Source: Candidatus Woesebacteria bacterium GW2011_GWB1_39_12
Lineage (GTDB): Bacteria; Patescibacteriota; Microgenomatia; UBA8517
Assembly (NCBI GenBank): GCA_000993405.1
Contig: LBWB01000004.1
Span: 4,861-68,860 of the forward strand
Length of the DNA stretch: 64,000 bases
Direction: 5' to 3'
The position numbers were made by a program, and so were the translations under genes. Positions 56,952-64,000 of this stretch are shown here, piece after piece (the stretch's first letter is position 1; each line of letters starts with the position of its first letter). The notes beneath the pieces were generated by a model. It searched no databases, had not been told where the DNA came from, and worked only from the letters and a program-made list of their open reading frames with translations.

Positions 56952-58415
56952 ATGGAGGAAAAAAGAGTAAGAACTCGAATGGCGCCAAGTCCGACAGGTG
57001 AATACCACATTGGACACATTAGAACGCTTCTTTACAATTGGGCTTTTGCCAAAAAATATAACGGAGACTTTATTCTAAGAATCGAGGACACGGATAGAGA
57101 AAGATTTGTTGCGGGTGCCACCGACAGAATTTTAGAGGTTATTAAATCTTATGGCTTGGTGTGGGACGAAGGTCCACAAGTAGGAGGCCCTCATGAACCC
57201 TATTTTCAGTCTCAGAGGCTTGAAATTTACCAGAAACACGCTCAAATTCTTCTTGATAAAGGTGCAGCTTATTATTGTTTTTGTACTGAAGAGCGCTTGG
57301 AAAAAATGCGTGAGGAACAAAAGGCTCGACATGTAGTTTCTACTAAGTATGATAGGCTTTGTTTAAAACTTGATAAAAGCGAAATCGAAAAGAAACTCAA
57401 AGATAAAGTGCCATATGTAATCAGAATGAAAGTTCCGGATAACAAAGAAATCACTTTTAATGATTTGGTTATCGGTGACATATCAGTTCCTTCCAGTGAT
57501 ATAGATGATCAGGTACTTATTAAATCAGATGGTTTTCCTACCTACCATTTTGCAGTTGTTATCGATGATCATCTGATGGAGATTTCCCATGTTATGAGGG
57601 GTAACGATTGGATTCCTTCCACGCCCAAACACGTACTTTTGTATCAAGCTTTTGGGTGGGATATGCCTTACTTTGCTCATATTCCTAATCTTAAAGAAAT
57701 GGGAGCGGGAAAAAAATTGTCGAAGAGGTTTGGAGCTGTCGCGGCAAAAGAATTCTTGGACGAGGGTTATCTTCCTGAAGCAGTACTTAATTTCTTAATG
57801 TTTTTGGGTTGGAATCCGGGTACGGATAAGGAAATATACACTCTTAACGAATTTGTAAAGGATTTTTCAATCGAAAAAATTCATAAAACTGATTTAGTCG
57901 CTTTTGATAGAAACAAGCTTCTCTGGATGAATAGTCAGTATATTCAAAAATCTCAGATCTCAGATTTGCCCGACGGCAAGGCGGGTCTCAAATCTCAAAT
58001 TTTTAAATTTTTTGGCGGAAAATATGACGCAGCAGTAATTGAAAAAATTCTTCCCCTGCTTCAGACAAGGATAAAGACTTTGAAAGAATTTGCAGATTTA
58101 GCTGGATTTTTCTTTGAAAAACCCAAGGTTGACAAAAAGATACTGAGTAATAATTGGAAGAATCACTTGTCTATGGCAGTCGAAGTTTTAGAAAGCTTGG
58201 AAAAATGGGGAAAGAGCGATATTGATGAAGGGTTGTTATCCGCCGTAAAGGAGAAAAATTTTAAAACCGGAGAATTTTTCATGGATTTCCGTATCGCAGT
58301 GACGGGAAGTAAATTTACTCCGCCCATTAATGAGTCAATTGTGATTTTAGGTAAGTATGAGGTTCTAAAAAGACTGAAGGCTGTTCTAGGTTCTAAATCA
58401 AATATTAAATATTAA
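56952..58415 (+). CDS. gltX: Glutamate--tRNA ligase
   Basis: APSPTG..HIGH, RIEDTD, PTYH, KLSKR. Confidence 0.95.
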   Translation: MEEKRVRTRMAPSPTGEYHIGHIRTLLYNWAFAKKYNGDFILRIEDTDRERFVAGATDRILEVIKSYGLVWDEGPQVGGPHEPYFQSQRLEIYQKHAQILLDKGAAYYCFCTEERLEKMREEQKARHVVSTKYDRLCLKLDKSEIEKKLKDKVPYVIRMKVPDNKEITFNDLVIGDISVPSSDIDDQVLIKSDGFPTYHFAVVIDDHLMEISHVMRGNDWIPSTPKHVLLYQAFGWDMPYFAHIPNLKEMGAGKKLSKRFGAVAAKEFLDEGYLPEAVLNFLMFLGWNPGTDKEIYTLNEFVKDFSIEKIHKTDLVAFDRNKLLWMNSQYIQKSQISDLPDGKAGLKSQIFKFFGGKYDAAVIEKILPLLQTRIKTLKEFADLAGFFFEKPKVDKKILSNNWKNHLSMAVEVLESLEKWGKSDIDEGLLSAVKEKNFKTGEFFMDFRIAVTGSKFTPPINESIVILGKYEVLKRLKAVLGSKSNIKY

Positions 58416-58503
58416 AAATTAAATATACAAATTAAAAAACTTAAAAATATTTTTAATTCTTTAATATGTATTTTTGCTATTTGATTTTTCATTTTTGATT
58501 TAT
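58395..58503. repeat. AT-rich heptamer imperfect palindrome
   Basis: aaatcaaatattaaatattaaa ... tttgatttttcatttttgattt. Confidence 0.6.
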
Positions 58504-58508
58504 TTATA

Positions 58509-59426
58509 ATGTCTGCCCACAAATATAAGCCGAGAATTACTTCCGAAGAGCTGCGAAATAGGCTTAAGCTAAAGCATTTTGAGTCAAGCAGAAGGCTTTT
58601 GGAAAAACATCCGCATGTTGATGCGTTTTTTAAATCAAAGGCGCTTGAACTGTCAAAAATTCGTGACCACTCGGCAAAAATTTTAAGTACAAGTGCCCTT
58701 GCCGGGACGCTTCTTCTTTCTTCTCCATCGAATTTATATCTTCCGACTCCTTCCGAAATTATAGAAAAACTCAGGTTACCGGAGTTGGAAGGAAAAAAGG
58801 ATGAGAAAGAAAAAATGCTCGCAGACACTTTAAAATCGACTCTTCCTAAACGTCCAAGACCCTTAATAAGGGACGAAGAAAAGTTACTTGAACAGGTTTT
58901 TCGTAACGTTTTGGGAGTATCTGCAAGAGCGGCCCTTGAAGGAGAACACCTTAATTCAACTTATGGGTTTATTGGAGCTGAGCAGCATTTGCGCCGCTTT
59001 CCAGGTGATACTTTAAAGGAACATGGTGAAAGCGAGATTTTAAAAGAAGGAATGGCACCTGGTCTCGGTGCTTTTGGCTACTTTGCAAGTTCCAGACAAA
59101 CTTTAACAAAAGACTTAGAAGAAAAAGAGCGTTGGTATGCTGTAGTTCAGACTCTATACTTGCCCGACTGGAGCAGGCGGCAGCCGTACCTTAAAGACTG
59201 GTATAAACACAGAAAGGTCTTAATTGTGAATACGGTAAATGGGAAAGCTATTATTGCCGTAATTGCCGATTCCGGTCCTGCTGCCTGGACAGGCAAACAA
59301 TTTGGAGGTAGTCCTGAGGTAATGCATTATCTCGGTGGGGTAAAATACAAAAAAGGACCCGTTATTGTATTTTTTGTCGACGATCCGGAAAATAAGGTTC
59401 CGTTGGGACCTGTTGAGTATAATTGA
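58509..59426 (+). CDS. Hypothetical protein with an RlpA-like double-psi barrel C-terminus
   Basis: KVLIVNTVNGKAIIAVIADSGP resembles the RlpA V.VTN..NG..V.V.I.DRGP motif. Confidence 0.55.
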   Translation: MSAHKYKPRITSEELRNRLKLKHFESSRRLLEKHPHVDAFFKSKALELSKIRDHSAKILSTSALAGTLLLSSPSNLYLPTPSEIIEKLRLPELEGKKDEKEKMLADTLKSTLPKRPRPLIRDEEKLLEQVFRNVLGVSARAALEGEHLNSTYGFIGAEQHLRRFPGDTLKEHGESEILKEGMAPGLGAFGYFASSRQTLTKDLEEKERWYAVVQTLYLPDWSRRQPYLKDWYKHRKVLIVNTVNGKAIIAVIADSGPAAWTGKQFGGSPEVMHYLGGVKYKKGPVIVFFVDDPENKVPLGPVEYN

Positions 59427-59746
59427 TTATGTCGAAGTTATTTTTCGATCACTTAATAATTCTTGAAGATCTTGAAACAGAGATAAAAGAAGTTGCCGAA
59501 TCTCCGGAAGAGAAGGAAGAGTTGTGGCAACTCATTGATGAGATTTTACATCATCGGATTTTGGGATGTATATTGGACAGTTTACCCGCCGAACATCATC
59601 ACAATTTTTTGGAAATGTTTCATCAATCCCCGCATGATGAAAGGATAATCCATTTTTTAAATAAAAAGATAGAGGGCGATATAGAAGGTGTGATTCGGGA
59701 AGAGATAAAGCTTTTAGAAAAAGAAATATTGGAAGAAATAAAATAG
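59423..59746 (+). CDS. Acidic helical hypothetical protein
   Basis: Coupled to the upstream gene. Confidence 0.6.
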   Translation: MIMSKLFFDHLIILEDLETEIKEVAESPEEKEELWQLIDEILHHRILGCILDSLPAEHHHNFLEMFHQSPHDERIIHFLNKKIEGDIEGVIREEIKLLEKEILEEIK

Positions 59747-59810
59747 TTAAATTGCTAAATGGTTTTTAAGAAACAATTGTGTAGCCATATAACCATCGAG
59801 CCATCTTTCC

Positions 59811-60122
59811 ATGAATAAAAATTACGGTGGGGTAATTTGGACGAACCATGCCATATCCCGTCTTCGGGATCGGAAGATTAAACAGGGTGATGCTTGGGCT
59901 ACATTGAAAAATCCCGATAAGTCAAGATTTTCCAAGTCAAAACATGCCTTTGTTTATGAAAGAAACTTCGGAAGTCAAGTTGTTGAAGTAGTGGCAAAGA
60001 AAAATGACAAAAACGAGTGGGTTATACTTTCGGTTTGGAATAAATCAGGCTTCAAATTAAAGGAGAAAAAGATCAGTGGTTTCCCAAACTTCTTAAGAAA
60101 ACTTTTAAGTATTCGCATTTAA
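59811..60122 (+). CDS. DUF4258-like protein
   Basis: WTNHAISRLRDRKI, ..VILSVW. Confidence 0.65.
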   Translation: MNKNYGGVIWTNHAISRLRDRKIKQGDAWATLKNPDKSRFSKSKHAFVYERNFGSQVVEVVAKKNDKNEWVILSVWNKSGFKLKEKKISGFPNFLRKLLSIRI

Positions 60123-60274
60123 TCTTTGCATTTGGTATAATACCTAATTAGGTTTACACTTTTTCTTTTACAGGTTTTGTTTTCTGAGACTTAAACCTTA
60201 GTAGGAATTGTTTTCAGCATAAACACCTTAAATAGTAAAAGAACGTGAGCAAGATAGAATGGAGGTGATAATTT

Positions 60275-60598
60275 ATGGCATCTAAACTATTCGTTGGAGG
60301 TTTGTCTTGGGGAACAACCGATGATAAACTTCGCGAGTTTTTCGCTCAAGCTGGTACAGTAGTTTCGGCAACAGTTATTACAGATAGATATAGTGGAAGG
60401 TCAAAAGGCTTCGGTTTTGTAGAAATGTCTAATGAGAAGGAGGCTGAGGAAGCTAAAAAGCTTAACGGTCAAGTTCTTGACGAAAGGACAATTGCAGTAG
60501 CTGACGCAAGACCACAGGAACCTAGAGAAGGTGGTGGAGATTTTAGAAGAGGTGGAGGATCTGATAGACCCAGAAGAAGCGGCGGAAACCGTTATTAA
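60275..60598 (+). CDS. RRM RNA-binding protein with Gly/Arg tail
   Basis: RNP2 LFVGGL, RNP1 KGFGFVEM; GGAGGTGA RBS. Confidence 0.93.
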   Translation: MASKLFVGGLSWGTTDDKLREFFAQAGTVVSATVITDRYSGRSKGFGFVEMSNEKEAEEAKKLNGQVLDERTIAVADARPQEPREGGGDFRRGGGSDRPRRSGGNRY

Positions 60599-60719
60599 AC
60601 TTCAAACCCGAAAAGTCGGTTAAATTTCCATAATCCCTTTTTTAGTCAGTATTATGGATTGTTTGGCGTGGAAGAAAAAAAGGGCTAAAATATAAGGTAA
60701 ACAGAGATATTATTTGTAT

Positions 60720-60790
60720 TGCCCGGTCGGCTAATGGTAGGCCAGATGGCTCTGAACCATCTAATCCACGTTCGAATCGTGGCTGGGCAG
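60720..60790 (+). tRNA. tRNA-Gln (anticodon CTG)
   Basis: Acceptor TGCCCGG/CTGGGCA, D arm ggctaatggtaggcc, anticodon arm gatgg-ctCTGaa-ccatc, T arm ccacg-ttcgaat-cgtgg; CCA not encoded. Confidence 0.95.
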
Positions 60791-60795
60791 CAAAT

Positions 60796-61128
60796 ATGAA
60801 AATTTTACAATGGTCGATGACAATTCCTAAGGAAAAACAGAAAGATTTTGTTACGTGGTTTAATAAAATTGCCGGTCCTACATTTAGTAAATTCGGCGCC
60901 AAGAAACATGAATTATATAAAGTTGAGGGAGAGCAAGTTATTGGAAGACAATTTATCGAAAAAGACCGATTTATAGAAAGAGTCTATTTTGATGACAAAT
61001 TTAATATTTCTGATTACTTTGAAGCTGTAAAGCAAAATCCTCAGGCATGGAAAATATCAAGAGAATATGAAGGAAAATTTGGTGCGACAAATATTGAATT
61101 ACGAGTTCTAAAACCTGTTGGTAATTGA
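60796..61128 (+). CDS. Hypothetical protein (possible dimeric alpha/beta barrel)
   Basis: Clean ORF immediately after the tRNA. Confidence 0.6.
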   Translation: MKILQWSMTIPKEKQKDFVTWFNKIAGPTFSKFGAKKHELYKVEGEQVIGRQFIEKDRFIERVYFDDKFNISDYFEAVKQNPQAWKISREYEGKFGATNIELRVLKPVGN

Positions 61129-61177
61129 TCAGTTATAGGCTCGAATGGTACTAGACCGAACTGCTCAGCTACACTTT

Positions 61178-61206
61178 TTGACAGACAAGTCTGTTTGGTT
61201 TAATAT
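61178..61206 (+). promoter_or_regulatory. Promoter with palindromic operator ACAGACaaGTCTGT
   Basis: TTGACA 61178-61183 overlapped by the palindrome 61181-61194. Confidence 0.75.
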
Positions 61207-61212
61207 AAGGGC

Positions 61213-61806
61213 GTGAATAAAGCTCAGACATCGGATTCGGCGAAGATACGGGTTTTAAAGACAGCATCGGATCTTTTTTACCGACAGGGCTACCGATCTA
61301 CCGGAACAAACGAAATTATTAAGAAGGCGGGGGTAGCTAAAGCCAGTTTTTTCTATCATTTTCCAACTAAAGAAGCCTTGGCGCTTGCCTACCTTAAAGA
61401 CCTTCATGCTCGGGAAGCGGGGAATCTTCTTGCCTTTGTTGACAAAAGGAAAACGCCTTATGACCGTTTTCTTGCGGTGATCAAGTGGATTGAACCTTGG
61501 ATCAAATCGAATGAACTGCGCGGTTGCGGTTTTTTAAACATGGTTTCTGAAGTGCCCGATAAACGTAGCAAACTTCGCAAAATGGCAAAAAAACATTACG
61601 AAGTCCTCGGTGGCCTGATTGCACAATTGACGCAGGAGCTTATTGATTCCGATCCAAAACGCTACCGCCATTTGGACGTTTCTGGCGTTACCAATAGCTA
61701 CCTTGTGATAGTCGTAGGGGCGATTGCATTTAGTGAAACAAGCCAGGACGCCCAACCCAGCCGTAGAGCTGTGGAAGCAGTCAAATCTCTTATCGGTCCA
61801 CAATAA
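61213..61806 (+). CDS. TetR/AcrR family transcriptional regulator
   Basis: LFYRQGY..TG..EII.KAGVAKASFFYHFPTKE; RGC.F.N motif. Confidence 0.92.
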   Translation: MNKAQTSDSAKIRVLKTASDLFYRQGYRSTGTNEIIKKAGVAKASFFYHFPTKEALALAYLKDLHAREAGNLLAFVDKRKTPYDRFLAVIKWIEPWIKSNELRGCGFLNMVSEVPDKRSKLRKMAKKHYEVLGGLIAQLTQELIDSDPKRYRHLDVSGVTNSYLVIVVGAIAFSETSQDAQPSRRAVEAVKSLIGPQ

Positions 61807-61879
61807 TTTTTGACACAACTTCTTAAGTAGTTCTTCAGTTCTACATCTCAAACATAGTAACTCTCTTTAATTTTGACTA

Positions 61880-61908
61880 TTGACAGACCAGTCTGTATGA
61901 CTTATTTT
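61880..61908 (+). promoter_or_regulatory. Promoter with palindromic operator ACAGACcaGTCTGT
   Basis: TTGACA 61880-61885 overlapped by the palindrome 61883-61896. Confidence 0.75.
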
Positions 61909-61962
61909 AAGTAAAGAAGTAAAGATTGTACAGATTTATCGAGAAAGGGGGTGAAAAACAAC

Positions 61963-62514
61963 ATGGCAAAAGTAAATGGATTAGAGGTTAACGATATTGT
62001 GAAGTTGGTTGATGAAGTTAAACGTAACCCTGCGGGATTCCAATCGACATTTTATGCTAATACCTCATGGAAGAGTGGTTTCAATGTCGTAGCGGAAACC
62101 GGTAAATTTAAGGTTGGTGGGACAACGCTCAAACACAAGACATTCAAGATTGAGGGTGATCACCCTAAAGAGTTCCTCGGTACCGATAATGGACCATCTG
62201 CGGTAGAGATAACCCTCTCTGCTTTGGGTCACTGCATTGCTGGTGGCTGGGGTGTCAACGGTACCGCTCTTGGCGTTCCACTTGAAAGTGTAAGAATAGA
62301 AGTTGAGGGCGACCTTGATCCTCAAGGTATGCTTGGATTGCCGGAAGCGGGTAAAGTACGACCGGGATTCCAAAATATACGGGTAACCCATTACGTTAAA
62401 AGCAACGCTCCAAAGGAAAAGTTAGAGCATGTAAAACAGATGGCTGAGGATCTGTCACCGGTTAAGGATTCTTTAAGAGCGATAAACTATTCTTCTAAGT
62501 TGGTGATTCAGTAG
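61963..62514 (+). CDS. OsmC/Ohr family protein
   Basis: DHP..LGTDNGPS..E..L.ALGHC, VEGDLD, RPGFQ, SPV.D; ATG at 61963 after GGGGGTG. Confidence 0.85.
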   Translation: MAKVNGLEVNDIVKLVDEVKRNPAGFQSTFYANTSWKSGFNVVAETGKFKVGGTTLKHKTFKIEGDHPKEFLGTDNGPSAVEITLSALGHCIAGGWGVNGTALGVPLESVRIEVEGDLDPQGMLGLPEAGKVRPGFQNIRVTHYVKSNAPKEKLEHVKQMAEDLSPVKDSLRAINYSSKLVIQ

Positions 62515-62522
62515 AAAAAGCA

Positions 62523-62582
62523 AAAATGACCCATTCGGGTATCTGGAGCAATTCTTTACGATCCAGCCTGATGGGTCATTTT
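62523..62582 (+). terminator. Hairpin after the OsmC-family gene
   Basis: aaaatgacccat ... atgggtcatttt arms. Confidence 0.55.
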
Positions 62583-62681
62583 GTTGCAGTAAAATAAGCG
62601 GGATACTACCTATTTTACTCCAGAAGTGATTTATTAATACCTCCCGTAATTAAAATATCGAAAATTTGTTAAAATTGGGTA

Positions 62682-63101
62682 ATGGAGACAACAAATACAT
62701 TATCTGATGTCAAAGAACTAACTAGTGATGAAATATTAAAGAATGTAGTTGGAAAATTTGAGTCTTTTAAAAATTATTATCTAAAAGATGATATTGAATC
62801 TAATCAGAAAGGGTTTCGACTTCGGGGTGAAGAAGATGCAGTTAATCGCGCGCTTGAACAAACTTTAGGAAGATCAAGTAATCTTAATAGTTGTAATTTT
62901 CCTAAAGAGGAAGAGGAAATGCGGGACGTTTGTAAATTAGTAATTAATCATTTTTCTGAAAATAATCCTCAAGCTTTGAAAATATTCACCAATACACACA
63001 GATCATCTTATAAATATGAATTTATTTTAGATCCGCGAATTATCGAATTAGTAGAGTTGGCAATAATCAAGATAGACGAGATAGAGAAAAAAGAATCCTG
63101 A
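62682..63101 (+). CDS. Hypothetical protein
   Basis: ORF with TAAAAT 6 nt upstream of the ATG. Confidence 0.55.
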   Translation: METTNTLSDVKELTSDEILKNVVGKFESFKNYYLKDDIESNQKGFRLRGEEDAVNRALEQTLGRSSNLNSCNFPKEEEEMRDVCKLVINHFSENNPQALKIFTNTHRSSYKYEFILDPRIIELVELAIIKIDEIEKKES

Positions 63102-63373
63102 TGAAAAAGAAAAATTGGTCTGGAGAAGTTACAAAACACTCAATTGCGCTGGATCTGGAAGAAGGAGTTTTTACTTGGGATGACCCCGAGAAAATTGCCG
63201 AATCTTTGAAATTTTCAGCCGAAAATAGCACGCGGAGAAAAGCTACACCTTTTGCTTCTGCAATGAGCATGCTTAATTTTTATATTAATCGTGCAGGAAA
63301 AAATTTAGATACTAAGCAAAAAGAAATATTAGAAGAAGCAAAAATCGAACTTCGAAAAATTTTTGGAAAGTGA
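63101..63373 (+). CDS. DUF3175 domain protein
   Basis: WS.EVT.HS.ALDLE.GVF, SAMSMLNFYINRAG. Confidence 0.85.
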   Translation: MKKKNWSGEVTKHSIALDLEEGVFTWDDPEKIAESLKFSAENSTRRKATPFASAMSMLNFYINRAGKNLDTKQKEILEEAKIELRKIFGK

Positions 63374-63394
63374 GTACAATAGTAGATTATTTGT

Positions 63395-63769
63395 ATGGAA
63401 GATAAGGACTTCGAAGAATTAGTCAGTCAGGCTCTTGATTATTTACCGCAAGAATTCTTGGAAAAGCTGGAGAATTTAAATGTAACCATTGCCGATTGGC
63501 CGACTCCTGGCCAAATTGGGGGAAGAGGAGGTTTGCTTCTGGGTCTTTATGAAGGAGTTCCGCAAACAAGAAGGGGAAGGTATGGAATTGGTGGTGTTTT
63601 ACCCGACAAAATAACCATTTTTAAAATTCCTATTTTGATGATTTCAAGATCGTTGGAGGATATCAGAGAAAATGTGAGAGATACCGTAATCCATGAGATA
63701 GCTCACCATTTCGGTTTTAGTGAGGAAGGTATAATCAAAGCGAAGAGAGAAAAACGAAAAAACTTGTAA
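63395..63769 (+). CDS. Zincin-like metallopeptidase (Zincin_1)
   Basis: LLGLYEGVP, PDKITIF, HEIAHHFG. Confidence 0.88.
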   Translation: MEDKDFEELVSQALDYLPQEFLEKLENLNVTIADWPTPGQIGGRGGLLLGLYEGVPQTRRGRYGIGGVLPDKITIFKIPILMISRSLEDIRENVRDTVIHEIAHHFGFSEEGIIKAKREKRKNL

Positions 63770-63772
63770 AAC

Positions 63773-64000
63773 ATGTTTAAATTTGGTTTGGCGGTATTTA
63801 TGTTGGGAATTTTCATGGGTTTTAGTGGGATGCGTTTTTTCGATAGAGATCTTTTAAAAGGAGAAGTTCTTTCTCAAGAATTTGAGGAAGTTGTTTCACC
63901 TACGGTTACTCCGACACCCACTCCGTCGCCTTCTCCAACCCCGTCTCCGACGCCAACTTTGATTCCCACGCCAACGTTAACTCCAATGCCCACACCAACT
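63773..64000 (+). CDS. Secreted protein with Pro/Thr linker (runs off the window end)
   Basis: MFKFGLAVFMLGIFMG signal/TM followed by PTPTPSPSPTP repeats. Confidence 0.7.
   Translation, partial: MFKFGLAVFMLGIFMGFSGMRFFDRDLLKGEVLSQEFEEVVSPTVTPTPTPSPSPTPSPTPTLIPTPTLTPMPTPT

Noticed and set aside
60642-60902. 86-aa minus-strand ORF
   Set aside because: Antisense to tRNA-Gln and the downstream gene.
61137-61170. Possible duplicated tRNA-Gln 3' end (attR)
   Set aside because: Only tcgaat and a few bases match; too weak to call.

Overview
AT-rich bacterial chromosome segment read in genetic code 11. Gene content and compactness suggest a Patescibacteria/CPR genome, probably Microgenomates-like (inference). 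Core genes include recA-recX-rny-HU, an ABC-2 exporter, rnpB, a type IV pilus locus, two-component genes, glycogen phosphorylase, comM/YifB, dtd, nth, secDF, cca, recJ, relA/spoT, aspS, gltX and tRNA-Gln(CTG). The most striking unexplained structure lies downstream of comM. The last ~14 codons of comM recur three more times as diverged copies (33040-33081, 38237-38281, 40357-40401) that bracket two accessory gene blocks: HD + GT2/kinase/GT4/HAD, and CYTH/NUDIX/Ham1/NUDIX. No integrase or transposase is present, so this looks like a stack of cassettes accreted at the comM 3' end. The window is also full of short heptamer/octamer repeats and REP-like palindromes. These occur nested inside each other, inside RNase P RNA, in frame within gltX, recJ and cca, and in the leader peptides of two prepilins. 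Also present are a 12-repeat Cys/Tyr-rich surface protein, several gene remnants and many apparently leaderless genes. All calls come from reading motifs by eye; no database searches were run.
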